From IMG/VR virus record IMGVR_UViG_2648501235_000008: a stretch of 8,475 bases of DNA, one strand, 5' to 3'. Below, piece by piece: positions 1 through 6,488 of this stretch; position 1 is the first letter of the stretch, and each line of letters opens with the position of its first letter. The translations under genes and the position numbers were made by a program. The notes under the pieces were generated by a model. The model was given only the letters and a program-made list of their open reading frames with translations. It was not told the DNA's origin and did not search any database. This DNA comes from a virus (taxonomy: Duplodnaviria > Heunggongvirae > Uroviricota > Caudoviricetes).

Positions 1-112
1 AGTCGCTGTCGTTCTCAAAATCGGTGGAGCTGCATGACAAAGTCATCGGGCATTATCTGAACATAAAACACTATCAATAAGTTGGAGTCATTACCCAAAA
101 CTTAAAAATGGA

Positions 113-1444
113 ATGCAGAAATACATTGATATTTCTCTTTGTTTGAATTTGGCTTTGTTAGATTTAAATGTCATTTTAGGTGATAAAGAGCCACAAAATA
201 GAGCTTTGGAAGGTTTGAAATCTTTAATTAAACAGTCCGATGGAATGTCTGTTCTAATTGAAAGATTTAGAAGCAGTAATTTGATTCGTCATAATCTAGT
301 GTCTTGGCCTTTAGCTAACTATACTAAATATAAAGGAGATCTTACTGAGGAGAATTTATACAGTAAGATGCATGGTATTCCACTTGATAATGATAAATTA
401 AATAAAACCCCTAGATATATTCATGCTGATGAAAAGCAGCTTTTCGATTTGATTGATGCTCTTCATACAAGAAAACTACATAAGTTTACGCATGAAAATA
501 AGCATCACTTAAAAAATTGCTCTGTTACTAAGATAAAAGATAATAAAGCTCTTGAAATAAAGGTAGGAATTGATGATAGAAGTGGTAATGACACAATAAA
601 AGTTGCGTTGGCAAATATGAGAGTTGAACGTCGTAATATTGAAAGTGCTTGCAGAAAAGATCAGTCTCCAAATTTAAGTTATGAACGACAAAGAAACCTT
701 TATCGTATTCTCAACTCGGCAACTGAAGAAAATGTGCAGATATTACTACTCCCTGAGTTATCAATTCCTGTGTCGTGGTTACCTTTTATGGCAGCACATT
801 CAAGGAGAAAACAAATATCTTTGATTTTCGGATTAGAGCATTGGGTTATTAACGAACGCGCATATAATATTTTGGTTGAAATGCTGCCTTATACTTCAAA
901 CTTTAAACACAAATCCAGTATGTTAGTTTTTCGAGTGAAAAATCATTACGCACCTAGTGAGATTACGATGCTGAATTCTTTAAGGTTAAAAATATCCTCT
1001 CCTAAACCTAGTAAACAACGGTATCATTTGATTAAGTGGAAAAACGTATCATTTTCTACATACAACTGTTTTGAACTGGCTAATATCGAGCATAGAGCAT
1101 TATTTCGTTCGCAGTTGGATATTTTATTTGCTTGCGTATGGAATCAAGATATAAATTATTATCAACATATCACTGAGTCAGCGACACGGGATTTACATTG
1201 TTATGTGGCTCAATCAAATACTTCGCATTATGGCGGTTCTTGTGTTCTACAACCGACCAGTAGCACTATTTCAAATAAGATATATGTAAAAGGTGGGGAA
1301 AACCATTGCATCCTAACTACTACTTTAAATATATATGCATTGAGAGAGGCTCAATATCGTTCATTCAGAATTAACTCCGATACTATTAAACACAATCCTC
1401 CAGGGTTTGACTATAATGCTCTATTAGAGCGAGGTGAGAAATGA
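113..1444 (+). CDS. Hypothetical 443-aa protein: unassigned N-terminal region (about aa 1-190) plus C-terminal carbon-nitrogen hydrolase (nitrilase-superfamily)-like domain; candidate defense effector
   Basis: Long ORF in the only AT-rich stretch of the window. Manual motif reading: hydrophobic strand then LLLPE (E215, nt 755-757); ISLIFG strand; FRVKNHYAPSE (K276 nt 938-940, E283 nt 959-961); FSTYNCFE (C319 nt 1067-1069); DILFACVWN; YVAQSN...GGSCVLQP. Order and spacing fit the nitrilase-superfamily E-K-E-C tetrad. No convincing SD before ATG 113, so the start is uncertain. Stop overlaps the next start (ATGA at 1441-1444). Confidence 0.7.
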   Translation: MQKYIDISLCLNLALLDLNVILGDKEPQNRALEGLKSLIKQSDGMSVLIERFRSSNLIRHNLVSWPLANYTKYKGDLTEENLYSKMHGIPLDNDKLNKTPRYIHADEKQLFDLIDALHTRKLHKFTHENKHHLKNCSVTKIKDNKALEIKVGIDDRSGNDTIKVALANMRVERRNIESACRKDQSPNLSYERQRNLYRILNSATEENVQILLLPELSIPVSWLPFMAAHSRRKQISLIFGLEHWVINERAYNILVEMLPYTSNFKHKSSMLVFRVKNHYAPSEITMLNSLRLKISSPKPSKQRYHLIKWKNVSFSTYNCFELANIEHRALFRSQLDILFACVWNQDINYYQHITESATRDLHCYVAQSNTSHYGGSCVLQPTSSTISNKIYVKGGENHCILTTTLNIYALREAQYRSFRINSDTIKHNPPGFDYNALLERGEK

Positions 1445-2130
1445 GTAGCTTTTGGGAAGGTATTTTGTCATCAAGCATTTCATTTGCAATTATTGGATTT
1501 GTTTGTAAGGCTTTTTTACAACATATTGATAAAAGAGAGTTAGAATCATTTAAAAATAAGTTGAAATATGAAAGTGAACAGAGAATTAAAGAGGATGAAC
1601 GTGCTTATAATTTTAAAAAAGCAAGAGATCTTGAAATCGGACGTTGGGGGTTAACATTACTTAGTGCTGCAAATGGTTTTTTAGGAAGGCTATGTTATAT
1701 TAAAGATCACAATGACCTATCGTCGGATCAATATTATATTGATAGTACAAGATTCTATCTATGCCAATATTTTTGCTGGGTACATCAATTCAGGAAAAAT
1801 AGAGATTCATCTGTATTTTCACCAACTAATGATGAAATGTTAATAACTGAATTAATCAAAAATATTTCTATAGCCCTACGAGAGAACGATATTGGTTTTC
1901 CTTGTATTAGATCTCTTGAACAAAAGTATATAGGTGAAAGCCTTAGCATTGGTGCTGAATGTATGTCCTATAAAGATTTTATCGATTCTAAAGTATTAGA
2001 AAACTATGCACCTCTAAATGATTTTGTTGAAGCAATTCTACAAAATAATAATAAAGATTATATCGATAAACTCGTTATCCCATTCCAAGATCTCAAGACC
2101 AGATTTGATGCGGCATTACAAAATAAATGA
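1441..2130 (+). CDS. Hypothetical 229-aa protein with N-terminal hydrophobic membrane-anchor-like segment; operon partner of the upstream gene
   Basis: ATG at 1441 overlaps the upstream TGA (ATGA). Good SD GAGG at 1431-1434, 6 nt before the ATG. Residues about 6-27 (WEGILSSSISFAIIGFVCKAFL) are hydrophobic, followed by a charged, probably helical region. Same AT-rich composition as the upstream gene. No recognisable catalytic motif. Confidence 0.65.
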   Translation: MSSFWEGILSSSISFAIIGFVCKAFLQHIDKRELESFKNKLKYESEQRIKEDERAYNFKKARDLEIGRWGLTLLSAANGFLGRLCYIKDHNDLSSDQYYIDSTRFYLCQYFCWVHQFRKNRDSSVFSPTNDEMLITELIKNISIALRENDIGFPCIRSLEQKYIGESLSIGAECMSYKDFIDSKVLENYAPLNDFVEAILQNNNKDYIDKLVIPFQDLKTRFDAALQNK

Positions 2131-2148
2131 TTTTTTTACCTGCGCGCA

Positions 2149-2167
2149 ATGCTCTCCCCGCCTCGCC
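2149..2167. other. cos cohesive-end core of P2/P4 type
   Basis: Minus strand of 2149-2167 reads GGCGAGGCGGGGAGAGCAT, 17 of 19 identical to the P2/P4 cohesive end GGCGAGGCGGGGAAAGCAC as I recall it. It sits just beyond the psu stop, where P4 carries cos. Confidence 0.55.
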
Positions 2168-2190
2168 CGCCCGCTTTGCGGGGCGGTTTT
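2165..2190 (+). terminator. GC-rich bulged hairpin followed by TTTT, terminator-like, overlapping the cos region
   Basis: gcccgcccgc-ttt-gcggggcgg then tttt (2187-2190), 35 nt after the ORF2 stop. The stem has one bulge. It may instead be part of the cos recognition region. Confidence 0.3.
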
Positions 2191-2212
2191 AATGCAGTTG
2201 CACTGACACGCT

Positions 2213-2240
2213 CAGACCGCGCCGGGAATGGCGCGGTCTG
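2213..2240. repeat. Perfect 11-bp inverted repeat with 6-nt loop
   Basis: cagaccgcgcc (2213-2223), loop gggaat, ggcgcggtctg (2230-2240). No flanking T-tract on either strand. Possibly a cos-flanking terminase recognition element or an RNA stability hairpin. Confidence 0.5.
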
Positions 2241-2270
2241 CAGAAAATGAGGCAGGGAAACGCATGCAAA

Positions 2271-2301
2271 GCCATGCACCTTATCGATGCATGGCTTTTT
2301 T
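2271..2301 (+). terminator. Rho-independent terminator between the convergent cargo operon and psu
   Basis: Stem gccatgca (2271-2278), 9-nt loop, tgcatggc (2288-2295), then TTTTTT (2296-2301). An A-run upstream (2268-2270) gives partial bidirectional character. Confidence 0.5.
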
Positions 2302-2331
2302 CAGTAAAAACAGGCGGATTTTCGGGGAATT

Positions 2332-2904
2332 TTACACAGACTGACGTGATGCCAGTTGCGCACTTTTACGCGAAAAAATCATGTTCTGCGCAGGGGTGAA
2401 TTTTTCACGGCTGTCATCCACCGAAGCCGCGTCAGGCCTGAATCCGATGGTCGTTAAAATGTCGCTATCCTGTGCGGAATAATTAATTTTTTCACCCTTC
2501 GCAAGCCAGGACAGGAGGGCTTCACGCAGGGCATCTGTGGCACGCTGTATGGCACAGTTTCGGGCAATGGCCGTCAGCTCACTGTAGCCCATCAGCTCCG
2601 GTGCCAGTGCCGCCGCCAGTGCTGTGCCGTGCTGCTGCATAAAATCATTCAGCCGGTCGCGGATGCTGATGTGCTGAACGGCTTCATGCGAACGAATATA
2701 ACGACCGGCAGCCTGATTCACCTGCCATTTTCTGACTTCGATAATATTGCGTAATTCGTCCAGGCGACTGACGTTTCTTCCTTCCCCTGACAGAAGCCGC
2801 AGATATTCCTGTTCGGCCGCAGCCAGCTCATTTTTGCGTTGCAGCCATGCTGCTTTGTTATTCTGACAGGTGTCAAAGGCCTGCTGTAAGGCTGTGCTTT
2901 CCAT
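2332..2904 (-). CDS. psu: Psu, polarity suppression / capsid decoration protein of P4-like satellite
   Basis: 190-aa ORF, the length of P4 Psu. N-terminus MESTALQQAFDTCQNNKAAWLQRKNELAAAEQEYL matches Psu as I recall it. Last gene of a sid-delta-psu arrangement. Confidence 0.9.
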   Translation of the reverse strand: MESTALQQAFDTCQNNKAAWLQRKNELAAAEQEYLRLLSGEGRNVSRLDELRNIIEVRKWQVNQAAGRYIRSHEAVQHISIRDRLNDFMQQHGTALAAALAPELMGYSELTAIARNCAIQRATDALREALLSWLAKGEKINYSAQDSDILTTIGFRPDAASVDDSREKFTPAQNMIFSRKSAQLASRQSV

Positions 2905-2977
2905 CGTTATCTCTTTCTCATCATGCTGAAGAATAAAAATACGGTGTGCGGCGACGGCCGGTGTTAACCGGCAGCCC

Positions 2978-3478
2978 TCATTCCAGACGCAGCGAATATG
3001 ATTGTGTTTTTAAGCGTACTGGCGGCAGTTCCTGTTTTTCATGCAGGCTTTCTGCCAGTTCGTCCGGCGTGACCGGGCGGACAATAAAACGGTTGATGGT
3101 CTGAAGCGTTTTAAACACCAGACCACATCCCGGATCCGTGCACACATAAAAACGCTCGGTGACTTCCTGAGACAGACGCCGCGATGTTCTTGACAGTGCA
3201 AGGCCTTTACATCTCCGACAACAATATCCGGTAACAAGCATTCTTTTCGGGCGTTTCATACTGCCGGAGGCTGACGTCAGTGAATCGCGGTATCTCTGTT
3301 TGCCTGAAATGTATTCCATTCCTGAATCTTTACTGTCAGAGAAAAAGCTTTCACTCGCTTCAAATGTCGCAGAGCAATAAATATTCCGGCACTGTGCAAT
3401 CATTATCTTGGTGCCATCGTCCATGAAATGTGCGCGGCGGGTGTGAGCAACATGTCCACACGACGGGCAGTAAATCAT
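2978..3478 (-). CDS. delta: Delta, late-gene transcriptional activator with tandem Ogr-type zinc-finger repeats
   Basis: 166 aa with two Cys-rich Ogr-like repeats (CPSCG...C...YC and CCRRC...C...GC). Start overlaps the sid stop (ATGA at 3475-3478). Confidence 0.9.
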   Translation of the reverse strand: MIYCPSCGHVAHTRRAHFMDDGTKIMIAQCRNIYCSATFEASESFFSDSKDSGMEYISGKQRYRDSLTSASGSMKRPKRMLVTGYCCRRCKGLALSRTSRRLSQEVTERFYVCTDPGCGLVFKTLQTINRFIVRPVTPDELAESLHEKQELPPVRLKTQSYSLRLE

Positions 3479-4209
3479 GACAGCAGTCCTCTGGCCTTAA
3501 GCACTGCTCCCTGCTGGTCTATTTTGTCCTGCCACACCTTGCGCTGTGCCGGTGTGCCTGCCACCTCATAATCCATGTGAGGAAGTGTTGCCGCTGACAG
3601 TCCGGTCAGCCGGAGAACCGGCTCGCCGGTGAGGCTGATTTGCATCTGTTTAATTTTCTGTTCCAGCGATGATTTCACCTGCTGCATGACAGCCTTTTCC
3701 GGTGCGACGTAGCCCTGATGGCCGGTGGTGTTGGCGAGCGGATTTTCCTGTACCAGAATGCTCAGATGCATTGCCCGGACAAGCGCCTCACAGGTTTCAT
3801 TCAGGGCGTGTTCCAGCTCATGCTCTGCATACAGACTCAGAAGGTGATGATGTGCCTTCCGGTAGGCGGTGGCCGTGCTGTCACACGCCCCTTTCAGGCG
3901 TTCACGTTCGAAATTCAGCACCACGGCCAGATTGTCATATTCCTGTACCAGCTCCCGGCGTGCCACGCGCTCAATGTGGCGCTGTTTCAGCTCGTCGCTC
4001 AGGACACCACCGGCTGCACGAAAGGCCGTGCGCCAGTCGTCAGCGTCGTTTCCGTCGGCCTGCGCCAGCGCATTTTTTTCCTGCTCTGCCCGTTCAATGG
4101 CCGTGACGGTCTCATCCATCAGTCGGGCGTTCTCAAGGTGGGCGGCTCTGGCCTTTTCCAGTTGTGCCAGTGCGGGTTGCAGATATTCAGGGATGGTGTT
4201 GTCAGACAT
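3475..4209 (-). CDS. sid: Sid, external capsid size-determination scaffold protein
   Basis: The track ORF runs to 4275, but the internal ATG at 4207-4209 has a strong SD (GAGGAG, complement of 4217-4222, 7-nt spacing) and gives 244 aa beginning MSDNTIPEYLQPALAQL. Helical, Q/E/A/L-rich. Position upstream of delta fits P4. Confidence 0.85.
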   Translation of the reverse strand: MSDNTIPEYLQPALAQLEKARAAHLENARLMDETVTAIERAEQEKNALAQADGNDADDWRTAFRAAGGVLSDELKQRHIERVARRELVQEYDNLAVVLNFERERLKGACDSTATAYRKAHHHLLSLYAEHELEHALNETCEALVRAMHLSILVQENPLANTTGHQGYVAPEKAVMQQVKSSLEQKIKQMQISLTGEPVLRLTGLSAATLPHMDYEVAGTPAQRKVWQDKIDQQGAVLKARGLLS

Positions 4210-4243
4210 TTTCCGGCTCCTCGTCACTTCAGGTTGAGAAAAT

Positions 4244-4299
4244 TGTGACGTACACCGGACAACAACACGACGCATTGCAGATGTGCCAGCCCTGACACA
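4244..4299. promoter_or_regulatory. Divergent late-promoter region with two TGT-N12-ACA dyads (Ogr/Delta-type activator sites)
   Basis: TGT-gacgtacaccgg-ACA at 4244-4261 (right half extends to ACAACAACA) and TGTG-ccagccctga-CACA at 4282-4299. They lie 35-90 bp upstream of the sid start on the minus strand. Confidence 0.45.
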
Positions 4300-4379
4300 G
4301 GAGACTCATCCTCACACCGGCAAGCCAGGAAAAGGTCGCTGGAAAAAACGGCTTACTGTTTATTTTTTTTATATTTTAC

Positions 4380-4483
4380 TGTTCACCTCTGTTCACCATA
4401 AGAAAAAAGATAAGTAATACAGTAAGTTAAAGGGTGAACAATCGCAGTAATGACTGTTCACCGTCTGTTCACCACTGTTCACC
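4380..4483. repeat. TGTTCACC octamer iteron cluster, P4 ori-type (alpha-protein binding sites)
   Basis: Direct TGTTCACC at 4380-4387, 4390-4397, 4455-4462, 4466-4473 and 4476-4483; inverted copy GGTGAACA at 4433-4440. An AT-rich tract (about 4355-4378) is adjacent. The octamer matches the P4 ori/crr type I iteron as I recall it. Confidence 0.6.
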
Positions 4484-4587
4484 CGTTGATGGGCTTTTTG
4501 TGCTGTTTATTACTGTTTGTTTTTATTAATTCGCCGGGAATGAATAAGAAAAAACGATTTGTATTTCACTATAAAAATTACGAATTG

Positions 4588-4617
4588 CTTTAAGTGGCTT
4601 TAAATGACTTTAAGTGG
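4588..4617 (+). repeat. Three tandem 10-bp repeats upstream of vis
   Basis: CTTTAAGTGG (4588-4597), CTTTAAATGA (4598-4607), CTTTAAGTGG (4608-4617). Candidate regulator binding array; function not determinable from sequence. Confidence 0.5.
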
Positions 4618-4762
4618 AGATGAACAAAAAATACACAAGCATTGTAAGGCTGCCGGAACAAATCCCCCCTGTTGCGTCTGCTGAAAATATTCACAAAATA
4701 AAGCGCTACCCGAAGCCGGACGGACTTATCCGGTGCTGTATGGACATTAACGAGGTAGCCCG

Positions 4763-5029
4763 ATGCAAGCTGTTTTTTCTTCCCCGTCTCCCGCCCCTGT
4801 GACGCCACTGATGCCGCTGCCGGACATCACACAGGAGCGTTTTTTACGTCTTCCGGAAGTGATGCACCTGTGCGGCCTGTCACGCTCGACCATCTATGAA
4901 CTCATCCGTAAGGGGGAATTTCCGCCGCAGGTGAGTCTTGGCGGTAAAAATGTGGCCTGGCTGCACTCTGAAGTCACCGCATGGATGGCCGGGCGCATTG
5001 CCGGACGCAAACGGGGGTACGACGCATGA
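4763..5029 (+). CDS. vis: Vis / AlpA-family helix-turn-helix DNA-binding regulator
   Basis: 88 aa, the length of P4 Vis (orf88). Core [30 protein letters not shown] is a typical AlpA-family HTH. SD GAGG at 4751-4754, 7 nt before the ATG. Confidence 0.85.
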   Translation: MQAVFSSPSPAPVTPLMPLPDITQERFLRLPEVMHLCGLSRSTIYELIRKGEFPPQVSLGGKNVAWLHSEVTAWMAGRIAGRKRGYDA

Positions 5030-5625
5030 TGATGCCCGCTCTGCAAAAACTCCCTTTTTCTGGCTTGCCTTTTTCCGGCATTTGCGGATATAGTTTTTCC
5101 GCTGTCGCAAAATCGGCAGCCGGGCGTGGAAACCCGAGCAATCTAACGGCGACATATGACGCGCCATGCGTCTTTTTTTGTGTCGCAATCAACGCCACAG
5201 AGCGCCAGATTATGGTGTGGTGTGTGGTCAGTCGAGCAGATGGCACTCCGTGCATCCTGCCCGCGTCCGCTCATTATGCCGCAGAGTCAATGGTAGCTCA
5301 GGCGGGGCAGCCTCCGGGCTGGCCGGTATCCGTTAGAGCCGGTATTTCCACCCCCGTCTGGGCTATCGCCATCGAGCGTGGAAACTCCGGCGATAGCGTA
5401 ACCTGCTATCTAACGGAGGCTGCCATCATGGCTACAACCCTTACCCCTTCACACCCTGAATTTGTCTTTGTGTTTGCGGCTGTCCGTCGCGCAGACCGTC
5501 ATCCCCGTATCTGCATGCTTCGCACCGTCGCCGGTGATGAACGCAGTGCCCGCCGTTCCCTTGTCCGTGACTATGTGCTCTCCCTTGCTGCCCGTCTGCC
5601 GGTGGTGGAGGTGTCCCGTGCGTAA
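5026..5625 (+). CDS. 199-codon ORF spanning the immunity region (P4 orf199-like); translation uncertain
   Basis: ATGATGATG at 5026-5034 overlaps the vis stop (ATGA). The length equals P4 orf199 from memory. Composition is weakly protein-like and the frame covers the seqA/B/C-like RNA elements, so it may not be translated as a whole. Confidence 0.3.
   Translation: MMMPALQKLPFSGLPFSGICGYSFSAVAKSAAGRGNPSNLTATYDAPCVFFCVAINATERQIMVWCVVSRADGTPCILPASAHYAAESMVAQAGQPPGWPVSVRAGISTPVWAIAIERGNSGDSVTCYLTEAAIMATTLTPSHPEFVFVFAAVRRADRHPRICMLRTVAGDERSARRSLVRDYVLSLAARLPVVEVSRA
5065..5094 (+). promoter_or_regulatory. Candidate sigma70 promoter, PLE-like
   Basis: TTGCCT (5065-5070), 18-nt spacer, TATAGT (5089-5094). 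Lies just downstream of vis and upstream of the seqA-like element. Confidence 0.3.
5124..5416 (+). ncRNA. Immunity-type region with seqA / seqB / seqC-like elements; candidate cI-type regulatory RNA locus
   Basis: Direct copies of GCGTGGAAAC (5124-5133, 5376-5385) and ATCTAACGG (5141-5149, 5408-5416). Between them, 5330-5353 (ccgttagagccggtatttccaccc) is the inverted complement of both blocks (CCGTTAGA / TTTCCAC). A 9-bp hairpin (5362-5370 / 5389-5397) encloses the second GCGTGGAAAC. Precise RNA ends cannot be set from sequence. Confidence 0.4.
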
Positions 5626-5905
5626 TAAAAAAGCCCCTCAGACCGTCTCAGCGCGTCATGACGCCCGTGAACACCTCAGCATTGAGGCTTACCATAAGCT
5701 CAACCGCGCCAGCGCCGTATCCCAGTTTGTTGGGGGTGATTTGATTCACCGTGAACTCTCCGGCCTGCATCAGCTCTACATTCCGCATATTTTCAGCTAC
5801 CTGAATGAAGATATTGATTTTGTGCTGAATGAGCTGAAAGCCAAAGGCCTGTGCCGCGATTTTCTCGCCCAGCAGAAAGACCGGGGAGACAGGACGCATG
5901 TTTGA
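5618..5905 (+). CDS. 95-aa protein in the position of P4 epsilon (derepression protein); identity not established
   Basis: GTG start at 5618 with SD GGAGG (5607-5611, 6-nt spacing). The 52 codons upstream in the track ORF (from 5462) are not protein-like and overlap the preceding ORF. The 3' end overlaps the next start. Confidence 0.45.
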   Translation: MRNKKAPQTVSARHDAREHLSIEAYHKLNRASAVSQFVGGDLIHRELSGLHQLYIPHIFSYLNEDIDFVLNELKAKGLCRDFLAQQKDRGDRTHV

Positions 5906-6353
5906 TTTTCCCCAGCCCGGTGAGATTTACCGTTCTGCCGGTTTTCCCGATGTGGCCGTGGTCGGCATTCTGGAAGACGGTATTCCGTGGGAAATGCCGT
6001 ACCGCTGTCCGGACATTGTCTGGAACCCGTACCGCCGAAAATTCAGTATCCTTGTGCGTATCCTCACTGACGGGCGCACCACAGACATCCCGCTGGGGCG
6101 TTTTCTGCGGGAATTTACCTGTGACCGTCCTGACCTGTTCAAACGCAGCCCCGTAAACCGGCATGCGGTACTGAAAGAAATGGCCGGAGACCCGGAATTA
6201 CAGAAATGGCGGGAGAAATATCTGGATATTTACCCGCAGGACACTGTTCCGGCCAGCCGGGCGGCACCGGTGGCGCGGGAATGGCGGGAAATTCCCCGCA
6301 CGGAGCCTGACCCGGAAATCACCCCGGATAACAGTTACCGCAATTATCTGTAA
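5898..6353 (+). CDS. 151-aa protein, P4 orf151-like
   Basis: Length equals P4 orf151 from memory. Protein-like composition, same strand and operon as alpha. Start overlaps the upstream stop. Confidence 0.6.
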   Translation: MFDFPQPGEIYRSAGFPDVAVVGILEDGIPWEMPYRCPDIVWNPYRRKFSILVRILTDGRTTDIPLGRFLREFTCDRPDLFKRSPVNRHAVLKEMAGDPELQKWREKYLDIYPQDTVPASRAAPVAREWREIPRTEPDPEITPDNSYRNYL

Positions 6354-6488
6354 TTAAAAAACGACACCCGAAAAATTAAATGTGCGTATTCGCGCAGGGA
6401 TACGCACGTCTTCAGGAGACGCAGATATGCCTTATCAGTTAATGCAACCGGCACGGAATGCAGTCATCTGTCACAGGGAGGAAAACAA

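Noticed and set aside
56-112. Promoter for the cargo operon upstream of ORF1
   Set aside because: Only weak -10-like AT-rich hexamers with no properly spaced -35. The operon may be driven from further upstream (outside the window) or from an internal start, so no promoter is called.
113-1444. ORF1 as a nucleotidyltransferase/cyclase (CBASS or Pycsar-like)
   Set aside because: No hG[GS]...DxD-type motif in plausible register; KVGIDDRSGND lacks the preceding Gly-Ser element. The E-K-E-C nitrilase-type pattern fits far better.
2018-2206. 62-aa plus-strand ORF overlapping the ORF2 3' end and the cos region
   Set aside because: Alternate frame of ORF2 running across the cos core and hairpins; no RBS.
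3010-4248. Track ORFs 3010..3237 (-), 3702..4106 (+), 3718..4248 (+), 3869..4237 (+)
   Set aside because: Off-frame or antisense to delta and sid, with Arg/Ser/Cys-rich non-protein-like composition and no RBS.
3475-4275. Long form of sid (266 aa, start at 4275)
   Set aside because: The internal ATG at 4209 has a strong GAGGAG Shine-Dalgarno and gives the 244-aa length expected of Sid; the extra 22 codons lack an RBS and run into the promoter dyad.
4380-4483. TGTTCACC repeats as a possible CRISPR array
   Set aside because: Repeats are 8 bp with irregular 2-37 bp spacing, include an inverted copy, and sit next to an AT-rich tract. This is an iteron/origin pattern, not the 28-37 bp repeats with regular spacers of CRISPR.
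4590-4808. ORFs 4614..4802 (+) and 4590..4808 (-) upstream of and overlapping the vis start
   Set aside because: The plus ORF starts with GTG; the nearest ATG (4620) has an SD-like GGAG abutting it with no spacing, and the ORF runs through the vis RBS and start. The minus ORF is antisense. Neither has supporting signals; a small kil-like gene cannot be excluded.
5462-5905. Long form (147 aa) of the epsilon-position ORF
   Set aside because: The N-terminal 52 codons are not protein-like and overlap the preceding ORF; a GTG at 5618 with GGAGG at ideal spacing gives a 95-aa product.
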